Source: Candidatus Woesebacteria bacterium (lineage in GTDB: Bacteria; Patescibacteriota; Microgenomatia; UBA8517). Taken from it: a stretch of DNA of 64,000 nt. The stretch lies in NCBI GenBank assembly GCA_003484955.1, contig DMZH01000003.1:47815-111814 (forward strand). Reading direction: 5' to 3'. The first letter of the stretch is position 1. Every line of letters starts with the position of its first letter. The position numbers and the translations under genes were made by a program. This document shows, in pieces, positions 1 to 9,412 of the stretch. The notes below the pieces were generated by a model. That model searched no databases. It was not told where the DNA came from and was given only the letters and a program-made list of their open reading frames with translations.

Positions 1-409
1 GTCGGGCGTTGTCGTTGTAAATACCAAAGGAACAAACAATAAAACTGTAAAACTAGCAGATATTGCAATCGGAGATTTTATAGTTGCGATGGGATACGTT
101 GACGGAGACGATGTACTCGATGCCCAAAGAATTCTTGTTACAGACTCCCCTGTCGAAACAAAAATTAGCGTATCGATACAAAAAGTTAATGATGTCACCA
201 AAAAATCTTTAACCCTTGTTTCTGAAAACGAAGGCCAGGCAACAACCATTACACCCGATAAAAATACGAGCATTGAATCTTTTTCCGACGGGAAAATAAA
301 ACAAATCAAGCTGACTGATATCTCTTCATCGGACACCGTGGTTGTAGTTTCCGACACGACAGGCACTCCGGCTCTCACACGTTCGCTTTTCAATCTTGAA
401 GAAGAATAA
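1..409 (+). CDS. C-terminal part of a larger protein (repetitive, Ser/Thr/Val-rich); reading frame is open from the window edge
   Basis: Frame 2 has no stop from nt 2 to the listed ORF at 89-409, so this is a 5'-truncated gene with no recognisable domain. Confidence 0.4.
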   Translation, partial: SGVVVVNTKGTNNKTVKLADIAIGDFIVAMGYVDGDDVLDAQRILVTDSPVETKISVSIQKVNDVTKKSLTLVSENEGQATTITPDKNTSIESFSDGKIKQIKLTDISSSDTVVVVSDTTGTPALTRSLFNLEEE

Positions 410-549
410 AGCCAAATACTTGCAGTTTTTCTTGAAAGCTGATATAATGCCCCTTTGTGAGTCAAGCCTCTCGCTCCTTGTCCCGATATTTTTCGGGACA
501 AAGACCGGGAGGTTTTTTATTACTCTCAAACTGATATATAATAACTATT

Positions 550-1455
550 ATGCAAAAGGGTCCTGTTACACCAAAAGGGTTTGGCGATATTATGCCCGCC
601 GAGGCCAAGAAAAGGCGTTTTATGATAAACGCTATTGCCCCTATTCTCGAAAAATACGGTTTTGAACCGCTTGAAACCCCAATCGTTGAGTTTGCAGATA
701 CGCTTCTGGGAAAATACGGCGAAGACGAAAAATTGATCTATAAATTTGAAGACAAAGGTGGAAGAGAACTTGCCTTAAGATACGACCTGACTGTTCCCCT
801 AGCCCGTTTTGTTGCCAATAATCTTGGTCTTCTCAAACCCACTTTTTCCCGGTACCAAGTAGGACAAGTTTTTAGAGGAGAAAATCCTCAAAAGGGCCGC
901 AAGCGAGAGTTTACCCAGTTCGACCTCGATTCTGTGGGGTCAAGTGACGTTTCTGAAGATGTAAGAGTAATTTCCGCAACAATCGAGGGGTCGCGTGCCA
1001 TCGGACTAACCGATGCCATTTTACAAATAAATGACCGTGAACTTTTTGACAAAATTGGCTTTTCCAAAGAAGGAATCAGGTCAATTGATAAGATCGATAA
1101 AATCGGGCGTGATCAGGTTGTCACACTTTTAAAAGAAATTAATTTAGACGAGGCCGAAAAGATGTTTGCCGATCTGGAAAAATCCGGCAAGACAGAAAGA
1201 CTAACCAAAATTTTTGAAGAACTTAAAATTAATGGATTCAAAGAAAATGTTGATTTTGTTTTTAACCCGTTTCTCGCCCGGGGCCTGGATTACTACACCT
1301 CAACAATTTTTGAGCTTAAGCTTGACAAAACACCAGGAGGACTTTCCGTTGGTGGCGGCGGAAGATATGACAACTTGATTGGAATGTTTGCCGGCCGCAC
1401 TATTCCTGCGGTTGGTTTTTCATTCGGAATTGATAGAATAATTGATCTTATATAA
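550..1455 (+). CDS. hisS: Histidyl-tRNA synthetase, catalytic core only (class II aaRS); no anticodon-binding domain
   Basis: HisRS motifs LRYDLTVPLARF and GGGRYDNLIGMF and AVGFSFGIDRI; the protein stops right after motif 3 at 301 aa. Confidence 0.75.
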   Translation: MQKGPVTPKGFGDIMPAEAKKRRFMINAIAPILEKYGFEPLETPIVEFADTLLGKYGEDEKLIYKFEDKGGRELALRYDLTVPLARFVANNLGLLKPTFSRYQVGQVFRGENPQKGRKREFTQFDLDSVGSSDVSEDVRVISATIEGSRAIGLTDAILQINDRELFDKIGFSKEGIRSIDKIDKIGRDQVVTLLKEINLDEAEKMFADLEKSGKTERLTKIFEELKINGFKENVDFVFNPFLARGLDYYTSTIFELKLDKTPGGLSVGGGGRYDNLIGMFAGRTIPAVGFSFGIDRIIDLI

Positions 1456-1460
1456 CTAGT

Positions 1461-2372
1461 ATGAGCCCTGCCCGAAAACGCGCCTATATAGAACTTCTTA
1501 TTGTGGCCGTGATTTGGGGAAGCGCCAGTCCTATCATTAAGTATACCCTGGGCGGTTTTTCCCCAGCCATATTTTTGGTCTACAGATTTTTTATTTCGGC
1601 AATCGTTGCCTTTGTCATTTTTGCATTTACCGGCATAAAATTTCCCAAAAAACCTAAGGTTCTTGCGGTAACCCTTTTAAACGGGTTTTTACTCTCAACT
1701 GTCGCGCTTGGACTTTTATTCCTGGGCACTGATAAGACCACCTCAATTGATTCTAATTTGATTTCCGCCATATCCCCCATTGTTATTGCCGTTGCCGGGG
1801 TTTTCTTCCTGAAAGAACATATCACCAAAAGAGAAAGTATCGGAATTCTGATTGCACTCACAGGAACTCTTATTACTATAGTCGAACCCATCCTTAAGTT
1901 TAATAACGGCTTCGGTGGGCTCGAAGGTAACCTCCTAGTTTTAGCCTCTGTGATAGTTGGTGCCATAACCGCAATACTTGCCAAAATACTTCTCAGGAAC
2001 AATGTTGATGCCATTTTTGCGACAAATATATCTTTTATTATCGGATTTGTGACAATGTTGCCGTTTACCCTTCCCCAGATTCTAAATTCCAGATTCCAAA
2101 TTCTTACTTCGGTTCCCTTTTCCTACCATCTCGGAGTTTTCTATATGGCACTTTTATCCGGAACTCTGGCTTATTTTCTCTGGCACAAAGCCGAAAAGAC
2201 AATTGAAGTCGGAGAGGTCAATCTTATCGCTTACCTCTACCCTCTTTTCGGTGCGCCGTTGTCAGTTTTCTGGCTGGGAGAAAAAATCGGCACGCCTTTT
2301 GTTATCGGGGGTATTTTAATAGCGGCTGGGGTTACCCTTGCCCAAATAAAGAAAAAAAGGTATAATTCCTAA
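1461..2372 (+). CDS. EamA/DMT-family transporter
   Basis: About 10 predicted TM helices in two EamA-like halves. Confidence 0.6.
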   Translation: MSPARKRAYIELLIVAVIWGSASPIIKYTLGGFSPAIFLVYRFFISAIVAFVIFAFTGIKFPKKPKVLAVTLLNGFLLSTVALGLLFLGTDKTTSIDSNLISAISPIVIAVAGVFFLKEHITKRESIGILIALTGTLITIVEPILKFNNGFGGLEGNLLVLASVIVGAITAILAKILLRNNVDAIFATNISFIIGFVTMLPFTLPQILNSRFQILTSVPFSYHLGVFYMALLSGTLAYFLWHKAEKTIEVGEVNLIAYLYPLFGAPLSVFWLGEKIGTPFVIGGILIAAGVTLAQIKKKRYNS

Positions 2373-2375
2373 GTT

Positions 2376-2681
2376 ATGAAGGCCACAATTCACCCAAAAT
2401 GGTTCCCTGAAGCCAAGGTCACTTGTGCTTGCGGCAACGTGTTTACAACAGGGGCAACCGTTCCTGAAATTCGTGTGGATGTCTGCTATAACTGTCATCC
2501 TTTCTATACAGGACAGATGAAGTTTGTAGACACCGCAGGTAGAGTCGACGCGTTCAAAGCCAGAATGGCAGGTGCCAAAAAACATATCACAAAAACCGAG
2601 AAGAGAATGGTTAAAAAACTTAAGAAACTTCAGGAAGAAGCAGCCAGGCCGGAATCGCTTGCCGAGCTTAGGAGTAAGTAA
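2376..2681 (+). CDS. rpmE: Ribosomal protein L31
   Basis: MKATIHPKW start, Cys ribbon CACGN...CYNCHPFYTG, VDTAGRVDAF. Confidence 0.85.
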   Translation: MKATIHPKWFPEAKVTCACGNVFTTGATVPEIRVDVCYNCHPFYTGQMKFVDTAGRVDAFKARMAGAKKHITKTEKRMVKKLKKLQEEAARPESLAELRSK

Positions 2682-2687
2682 TCGGAT

Positions 2688-3401
2688 TTGGGTAGTATGA
2701 ATAATAATCAACTCCAGGTAGTCTATTTAGAAATCAGGGGTGCCACCGGCGGTGATGAGGCTAAGCTTTGGGGTCAGGACCTACTTCGAATGTATATCCG
2801 CTTTGCCGGGAAAGTTGGCTGGAAAGTATACTCCGTATCCGACAATACTATAAAAATTTCAGGGTTTGGAGCTTTTGACAGTCTCAAAAACGAATCCGGT
2901 GTGCACCGTGTGCAAAGAGTACCTGTAACCGAAAAAAGAGGTAGAATCCACACATCCACTGCCACAGTGGTTGTACTTCCCGAAATTAAAGAAACCGAAA
3001 TTCAGATAAACCCCAATGACCTGGAATGGAGCTTTACCACAGGCGGAGGCCACGGAGGCCAAAACGTAAATAAAGTTTCGACAGCAGTGAGACTTGTCCA
3101 TAAACCTACCGGTACCGTCGCAGAAGCCCGCGAGGAGAGGTTCCAAGAGCAAAACCGCCAAATAGCGCTTTCTCTACTCAGATCCCGTCTTTGGGAGCGC
3201 CAGGAAGCCGAGAAAATGCGCACCGTTGCCGGCTATCGCTCAGTTATAGGCCGTGGAATGAGGTCAGAAAAAATACGCACTTACAATTTTCCCCAGGACA
3301 GACTCACTGACCACAGAATCGGTAAAAATTGGGGCAAACTTGAAGCTATTATGGACGGTGAATTGGAAAAAGTCGTAGAACTAACCCGAAATATTCAATA
3401 A
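2688..3401 (+). CDS. prfA: Class I peptide chain release factor, RF1-type, lacking the N-terminal domain 1
   Basis: PVT tripeptide (RVQRVPVTE) and GGQ (GGGHGGQNVNK). It aligns to E. coli RF1 from about residue 115 onward and is only 237 aa. Confidence 0.8.
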   Translation: MGSMNNNQLQVVYLEIRGATGGDEAKLWGQDLLRMYIRFAGKVGWKVYSVSDNTIKISGFGAFDSLKNESGVHRVQRVPVTEKRGRIHTSTATVVVLPEIKETEIQINPNDLEWSFTTGGGHGGQNVNKVSTAVRLVHKPTGTVAEAREERFQEQNRQIALSLLRSRLWERQEAEKMRTVAGYRSVIGRGMRSEKIRTYNFPQDRLTDHRIGKNWGKLEAIMDGELEKVVELTRNIQ

Positions 3402-4544
3402 TTACTGAACTATCTCAGTTAAAGTAACGTTAATATTTTTGGTTTCTCCGTTTCTCCAAATATCAAGTGAGATTGTGTCTCCGGGTTTTTTACCGGAAAT
3501 TATCGTACTCAAAGCCTCGCTATTGTCCCCAACCGTATTTCCATCAATTTTGAAAATTATGTCCCCCACCTGAATTCCGGCTTTTTCCGCGGGAGAACCG
3601 GAAACCACATTCACAACATACATTCCTTGAGGCACCTGATTAAGGAGTGCGATTTGTTGAGAAATAACCTGATACCCGACTCCGAGATATGCCTTGGCAG
3701 GAAACTTTCCGGTGGTTTTAAATACGTTCAAGGCTTCTTTCACTGTATTTATTGGGATTGAAAAAGCAATGTTATTGGCCCCCTCGGCTACTGCCACATT
3801 TATTCCGATTACTTGGCCCGCCGAGTTTAAAAGCGGACCACCGGAATTACCCGGATTTATGGCTGCGTCTGTCTGAATTACATTATCCAATCGTTCCACA
3901 TAACCCTGAAAGCTGCTCCCTGCATCAATTCCACGTCCGAGTCCTGAGATAACTCCTGTAGTAACGGTATTTCTAAACTCTCCCAGGGCAGTTCCTATTG
4001 CAATTACAAACTGCCCCACTTGCAAATTTGAGGAATCACCCAGATCAACCGGAGTAAGCCCAGAGGCATCAATTTTAATCACGGCAATATCATTATTCGG
4101 ATCCCGGCTTATCTGTCCGACATCATATGTCTTACCGTCCGATGTTGAAACTTTATAACTCAAGGCAGCGTCAGCAACTACATGCTTATTGGTTATTATC
4201 AAGCCATCGGAGGAAACAACAAATCCGCTTCCGATATCCTGCTCTTTCCCGCCTTGTGTACCGCTTGTAAAACCACTAAACGGTGAAAATTGTATTATTT
4301 GTCTTACCGGAGCTGTGGCCGAAACGGTCACCACTGAAGGTCCGACCTTTTTGACGACCTCAACAACGTCACTGCTTTCCGTAACTATTCTCTCTTGAAC
4401 AACGCCGGAAAGCTTGGGAAAGAATTTATCCAGGAGTTTAAATCCGAAGAGTCTGTCGGCCACCGCACCGGAAGTCGCTGCAGCTACAACTACTATTACT
4501 AATGCTGCAAAAATCAAAATTTTTTTCAAACCAATCTTTTTCAT
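3402..4544 (-). CDS. htrA: HtrA/DegP-family trypsin-like serine protease with a C-terminal PDZ domain
   Basis: N-terminal TM, GNSGGPL catalytic Ser motif, PDZ region. Confidence 0.8.
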   Translation of the reverse strand: MKKIGLKKILIFAALVIVVVAAATSGAVADRLFGFKLLDKFFPKLSGVVQERIVTESSDVVEVVKKVGPSVVTVSATAPVRQIIQFSPFSGFTSGTQGGKEQDIGSGFVVSSDGLIITNKHVVADAALSYKVSTSDGKTYDVGQISRDPNNDIAVIKIDASGLTPVDLGDSSNLQVGQFVIAIGTALGEFRNTVTTGVISGLGRGIDAGSSFQGYVERLDNVIQTDAAINPGNSGGPLLNSAGQVIGINVAVAEGANNIAFSIPINTVKEALNVFKTTGKFPAKAYLGVGYQVISQQIALLNQVPQGMYVVNVVSGSPAEKAGIQVGDIIFKIDGNTVGDNSEALSTIISGKKPGDTISLDIWRNGETKNINVTLTEIVQ

Positions 4545-4591
4545 AACCCAATTATCGTTTAACGGCTGTTATCAGTCAATTAATACAACAG

Positions 4592-5863
4592 CTAATTAAA
4601 GAGTTTTATCGCTGCATTAAGTTGAATGTCTTCCGTCGCGTCATCGGGATTGGCTACCTCAACATCAGGAATCAGTCCTTTTTCATGAACCCAAATTCCG
4701 TCCGGAGTCAGCCATTTTGCGGTAGTTACATGTATTCCGCTGCCGCCGTTTATGTCAATTGGTTCCTGTATCGTTCCTTTCCCAAAGCTTTTATCGCCAA
4801 CAAGTTTAATTCCTCTATTGTCTCTCAGGGCGCCGGATAAAATTTCGGATGCCGAGGCGCTTCCGCCGTTTATAAGGATAATTATCTGATAATTTTCAAG
4901 TCTTGGTAAAGAATTCGATTTATATTCTTGCTTAGTCCCGTCACCATTTTGTTGAATAACCACCGTTGTTCCTATCGGAACGAAATCCGAGGCCAGATCG
5001 ACAGCCGCCTGAAGATAACCACCGGGATTATTCCTCAGGTCAACTATCACTCCTTTTACATTATTCCTTTCCAAAATTTGAGATACTGCTTTATTCCACT
5101 CATCCTTGGTTTCCGCGCCGAATTTACTGATTTTAATATCGGCGATACTGGATTCATCACCGACCCATGTCAAGGTGACAGAGGAAACATTGATTTTTTC
5201 TCTGGATAATTCCACAACAATCGGATCGGAAACTCCCTCGCGCACCAAGGTCAAAGTAACTTTTGTTCCGGCAACGCCCCTAATATAAGTAACGGCATCA
5301 CTGGTGCTCATATTAGTGCTGTCCAAATCCACATTTTTTGCCTTATCGGTAATTTTCACTATGTAGTCCCCCGCTTTAACACCGGCTTTTTCAGCAGGGG
5401 TACCGGGAAGAGGGGCAATTACCGCCAAGTGTCCCCCTTTATAGCCTATTTCTATTCCAACTCCGCCAAAAGATCCGCTCAGATCCTCGTTCACAATTTT
5501 ATTCTGTGCCGGAGGAAGAAAAGTGGTATAGGGATCCCCGGCTGAAGCAACCATTCCCTCTATTGCCCCATAAATCATTTGGGATGGAATAAGCTTGGAT
5601 TTATCGTAATATTTTTGGGCCATCAAATCCCAAACCTGCCAAAAAAGAGAAAAGTCTATGTTCTTGTCGGGGGGAAGCTGCCTACTAATCGTAATGTTCA
5701 ATGCCTTTGTTACTTCGGCTTTATAACCCTCTACACCGAGAAAATACCCGCCGGTAAAAACAGCAACTAAGACAAATACGGACAGTATTATTTTTCTGGC
5801 CTTTAGAAAATTAATCTTTGCAGACATAAAATACATATTACCCTTAAGATTTGATCTACTCAA
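4592..5863 (-). CDS. ctpA: Carboxyl-terminal processing protease (peptidase S41) with a PDZ domain
   Basis: S41 motifs GGSASASEIL and FGKGTIQ; N-terminal TM. Confidence 0.8.
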   Translation of the reverse strand: MSRSNLKGNMYFMSAKINFLKARKIILSVFVLVAVFTGGYFLGVEGYKAEVTKALNITISRQLPPDKNIDFSLFWQVWDLMAQKYYDKSKLIPSQMIYGAIEGMVASAGDPYTTFLPPAQNKIVNEDLSGSFGGVGIEIGYKGGHLAVIAPLPGTPAEKAGVKAGDYIVKITDKAKNVDLDSTNMSTSDAVTYIRGVAGTKVTLTLVREGVSDPIVVELSREKINVSSVTLTWVGDESSIADIKISKFGAETKDEWNKAVSQILERNNVKGVIVDLRNNPGGYLQAAVDLASDFVPIGTTVVIQQNGDGTKQEYKSNSLPRLENYQIIILINGGSASASEILSGALRDNRGIKLVGDKSFGKGTIQEPIDINGGSGIHVTTAKWLTPDGIWVHEKGLIPDVEVANPDDATEDIQLNAAIKLFN

Positions 5864-5882
5864 GACTTAAATTTGATGGAGA

Positions 5883-6140
5883 TTAGTCCAATGACGGGGT
5901 GTAAGGAAGAAGACTTAGGTGCCTTGCTCTTTTAATGGCCAAGGAAATTCTTCTTTGATGTTTGGCACAAATTCCGGTTCTGGACTTTCCCAATACCTTT
6001 GCACGATCGTTCATGTATCTCGCAAGCACATCAACCTCTTTATAGTCCGGCATAGTTTTGCTTTTGCAAAAAGGGCAATTCCGGGGAACTACTATCTCAA
6101 TTTGTCTTCTTCTTTTTTTGTTGTCTTTTTTCTTTGCCAT
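5883..6140 (-). CDS. rpsR: Ribosomal protein S18
   Basis: CPFCK...DYKEVDVLARYM...GICAKHQRRISLAIKRAR. Confidence 0.9.
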   Translation of the reverse strand: MAKKKDNKKRRRQIEIVVPRNCPFCKSKTMPDYKEVDVLARYMNDRAKVLGKSRTGICAKHQRRISLAIKRARHLSLLPYTPSLD

Positions 6141-6143
6141 ATT

Positions 6144-6653
6144 TTAAAATGGGATGTCTTCCTCACCAGGTTCTTCCGCTTTTTCTTCTTTTACCTCGGT
6201 GGGGGCGGTTTCAGATTTACCGGATTTTTTTGCGGGTTTTCTGGCAGATACTTCCTCGGGTGAAACTTGAGGCTCTACTTCAGGTTCGGGAATGTCAATT
6301 CCGGAATCTCCAGAATCTTCCTTTTTATCCAAAATAACCATATCGCTTATCACTACTTCCGTTCTTTGTTTTTGGGTTCCGTCAGTACCTTGCCAAGAAC
6401 GTGTTGAGAGCCTGCCTTCAACGTAAACTTTTCTGCCTTTCTTCAAAAGCTGCGTGCAAATTTCGGCCAATTTATTCCAGGCTACAACATTATGAAACTC
6501 CACGTCTTCTTTCTTTTCTCCGCTTTCTGTTGTCCAGTTTCTGTTTGTAGCAACCCCGAAAGTACAAACCGCGGTTCCCTGGGGGGTATAACGCATTTCA
6601 GGATCGCGGGTTAAATTCCCTATCAACATTACTTTGTTTAAACTTCGTGCCAT
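6144..6653 (-). CDS. ssb: Single-stranded DNA-binding protein
   Basis: OB-fold N-terminus (MLIGNLTRDPE), acidic C-terminal tail ending DIPF. Confidence 0.9.
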   Translation of the reverse strand: MARSLNKVMLIGNLTRDPEMRYTPQGTAVCTFGVATNRNWTTESGEKKEDVEFHNVVAWNKLAEICTQLLKKGRKVYVEGRLSTRSWQGTDGTQKQRTEVVISDMVILDKKEDSGDSGIDIPEPEVEPQVSPEEVSARKPAKKSGKSETAPTEVKEEKAEEPGEEDIPF

Positions 6654-6941
6654 TTATTTATTTTTATTTATTAGTAAAAACCTAATTAAATCAGGGTCTA
6701 CTCTTAGTTTATCATTTAATGATTTTGCCCCTTTGGGGTCAAGTTCAATTTCGAAGAATAGGTAAAGCCCGGTCTCACTCTTTCCGATTTTGTAGGCAAG
6801 CTCTTTTACTCCCCAATCTTTAGACTCTTTAATTGATCCCTTAAAAATAGCCAAAACTTTTTCCAAAGTTTCGATTATTTTCTTTTTTTTGGCGGCTCCC
6901 GCCTTGCCGTCCAAAACCAGGGTTAATTCGTATTTATTCAT
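6654..6941 (-). CDS. rpsF: Ribosomal protein S6
   Basis: MNKYELTLVL start and length; rpsF-ssb-rpsR gene order. Confidence 0.85.
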   Translation of the reverse strand: MNKYELTLVLDGKAGAAKKKKIIETLEKVLAIFKGSIKESKDWGVKELAYKIGKSETGLYLFFEIELDPKGAKSLNDKLRVDPDLIRFLLINKNK

Positions 6942-6953
6942 GCTCAGATTATA

Positions 6954-6987
6954 GATTAGAAATTAGAAATTAGCAATTAGAAATTAG
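6954..6987. repeat. Heptamer tandem repeat (AAATTAG)n, about 5 units with one CAATTAG variant, between the ychF stop and the rpsF start codon
   Basis: Read directly: gattag aaattag aaattag caattag aaattag. Confidence 0.8.
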
Positions 6988-7983
6988 TTATGCTCCAATC
7001 TTAAATTCCACCACTTCTCCGTCTTTCATAATATAATCCCGCCCTTCGCTCCTTACTTTTCCGGCATCGCGAGCCGCCTTCCAACCGCCAAGGGTTACAA
7101 AATCGGTAAAAGCAACAACGTCAGCCTTAATAAACTTCTTAATAAAATCCGTATGAATTACTCCGGCCGCTTCTTGGGCGCTGATCCCTGCCGGAATGGT
7201 CCAAGCTCTAACTTCTTTTTCTCCCGCTGTTAAAAATGTTATTAAACCAAGCGTGGCAAATGCTTTTTGAATTAAACGCTCAAGGCCTGATTTCTCAACC
7301 CCCAAATCGGCCAAATATGCTTTTTGGTCTTCGGGTGAGAGTTCCGAAAGTTCCGCCTCGGTTCTGGCAGAAATTATCACAACCTGATTTTTATCTACCC
7401 CCAGCTCCTCTACATATTTATCTTCCAAACTGCCGGAATTCTTCAAATCGGCTTCATCTACATTCAGCACAATCAAAAAGGGTTTCTTTGAAAATAGCGG
7501 GAGGTTTTCGGGGTCCTGTTCTTTCTTTTTTTTATGATTTTCTATCGTTTCCGCATCTGCCAAATCAAGTTCCAATTTTAAAACTTCCAAGTCGGTTTTT
7601 GGGTTTTTTACCCCCTGCTTGATGATATCGGGGTCGGTAAAGGCTCTTAAAACGTAGCAAATCGCGCTGGTTTCCCTGATATGGCTTAGGAATTTATTTC
7701 CTAATCCCTCGCCTTTACTTGCACCTGCGATTAGCCCTGCGATATCTACGAATTCAACCGTGGCTGGAACTTCAGGAGGAAGATTAGACATACTTTCGGA
7801 TTTTTTTGTCACTTCAGCCAATTTTGAAAGCCGTTCATCAGGAACAGGAACTATCCCAATATTCGGCTCAATCGTTGCGAATGGGAAGTTCGCAACGTAA
7901 GCCTGCTGCTTTTTGAGAAGAGCATTAAAAAGTGTGCTTTTCCCTACGTTTGGTAAACCAACAATTCCTACAGAAAGACTCAT
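6988..7983 (-). CDS. ychF: Ribosome-binding ATPase YchF (Obg-family GTPase with a TGS domain)
   Basis: VGIVGLPNVGKSTLFNAL P-loop, FATIEPN, C-terminal TGS-like region. Confidence 0.85.
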   Translation of the reverse strand: MSLSVGIVGLPNVGKSTLFNALLKKQQAYVANFPFATIEPNIGIVPVPDERLSKLAEVTKKSESMSNLPPEVPATVEFVDIAGLIAGASKGEGLGNKFLSHIRETSAICYVLRAFTDPDIIKQGVKNPKTDLEVLKLELDLADAETIENHKKKKEQDPENLPLFSKKPFLIVLNVDEADLKNSGSLEDKYVEELGVDKNQVVIISARTEAELSELSPEDQKAYLADLGVEKSGLERLIQKAFATLGLITFLTAGEKEVRAWTIPAGISAQEAAGVIHTDFIKKFIKADVVAFTDFVTLGGWKAARDAGKVRSEGRDYIMKDGEVVEFKIGA

Positions 7984-8214
7984 ATGAAGCTATTTTAGCA
8001 CAGTTAATTTATCTTTTTTTTGTTTAACAATATCTAGCAATGATAACGTAGCGTTTTCTAAAATGTCATGGCGGGATGATATTTTTAAAACCATCATCCT
8101 ATAAGCGTCTGCTGCGCAAGCAATTAGATGAACCAATTTTCTGTCTGTGGGTATGTTAACTTTGCCCTGTAATTTGATAAAAACTAGCCTATATTATATA
8201 CTGCTCAACATACT

Positions 8215-9411
8215 ATGGGAAATGAGAGATATGTTCTACGTGATGAATCGTTCGGTGGCACACTCTACGATCGCAAACTGTTAAAGCATGACTTCTTATA
8301 CAAAGATCAAATAGACTCAACAGCCATCTCCATAAATGGACAGGAAATAAAATCTTTTGAACATTGGGAGGCTGAAGTGGAGAACTTAAGGACTGACATA
8401 TTATATTCCCCAATTCGTGTTTATATAGAAAGAACCCGTAAATGTAATTTAAGATGTGATACATGCTTTAATAGTTCTGGTGTGGAGCCAGAGGGTGAAT
8501 TAACAACAGACGAACTTAAAAAAAGTCTTGACGGCATGAGAAAAGATAACATATTAGACCTGCGTTTTTCAGGAGGTGAAATCACAACTAAACCCAATTG
8601 GCACGAAGAAGTGGGTTATGCAAAAGAGTTAGGATTTGCTGTATCAGTTAATACTAATGGTGTTTTCCAAAATCCTGACAAAACTGTAGAACAATTAGCC
8701 ACTCTGCATATTGATCAGATAACAATAAGTATTGACGGAAACCAAGAGCATCATGATAAAAACAGAGGACGGGGCACATACGAAAAGTCTCTAGAGGCGT
8801 TAAAAGAATTAAAACGTAGAGGCGCATCAACGAGAACAAACACCGTATTAACAACTCTTTCCATTAACGATCCTGAATCTATTATTCAAAGCGTTGCACC
8901 TTATGTTGATGAAATGGCATTTTTCCACATGAGACTTATCGGAAGAGCGCAAGGGATACAAAACAGAAGAGTTGATTTCTACAACTTAGTTGAATTTTAT
9001 AATCGTATGGAAATTTTGGAAAAAAGATACCCCAACATTCGGTTTTTTTATAAGGAAAGGGCTATACAAAATACATCAATAATGCCAAATGGATACGGAT
9101 TACGAGTTGGGTCTCCCGACGGATTAACCAGATTAAATTTGAATAATGGTGGATCTTTGTGGGCTGGCGGATATACTGCGTATATTGACCCAGATTTTAG
9201 ACTTGGAAATATAAAGGATGAAAATTACTCGCTTAGACAAATTTGGAACAACTCTCCTATTCTTGAGTCGTACAGAGATTTTGGACAAAAATTAGTTGAA
9301 AGATGTCTAAGTTGTGTCGAACTGGACACTCGTTGTCCCGGAGTAAATGTAGAAATGGAATTAATAAGAAAAAAATTTCCACTAATAGGAAATCCCAACT
9401 GTATTTATTAA
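8215..9411 (+). CDS. Radical SAM enzyme with an N-terminal ~70-aa extension (possibly a PqqD-like peptide-recognition element) and a Cys-containing C-terminal auxiliary (SPASM/twitch-like) region
   Basis: CNLRCDTC fits the CX3CX2C radical SAM cluster motif at about residue 76; C-terminal ERCLSCVELDTRC; the N-terminal YVLRDESFGGTLYD resembles a PqqD-family start. Confidence 0.7.
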   Translation: MGNERYVLRDESFGGTLYDRKLLKHDFLYKDQIDSTAISINGQEIKSFEHWEAEVENLRTDILYSPIRVYIERTRKCNLRCDTCFNSSGVEPEGELTTDELKKSLDGMRKDNILDLRFSGGEITTKPNWHEEVGYAKELGFAVSVNTNGVFQNPDKTVEQLATLHIDQITISIDGNQEHHDKNRGRGTYEKSLEALKELKRRGASTRTNTVLTTLSINDPESIIQSVAPYVDEMAFFHMRLIGRAQGIQNRRVDFYNLVEFYNRMEILEKRYPNIRFFYKERAIQNTSIMPNGYGLRVGSPDGLTRLNLNNGGSLWAGGYTAYIDPDFRLGNIKDENYSLRQIWNNSPILESYRDFGQKLVERCLSCVELDTRCPGVNVEMELIRKKFPLIGNPNCIY

Positions 9412-9412
9412 G

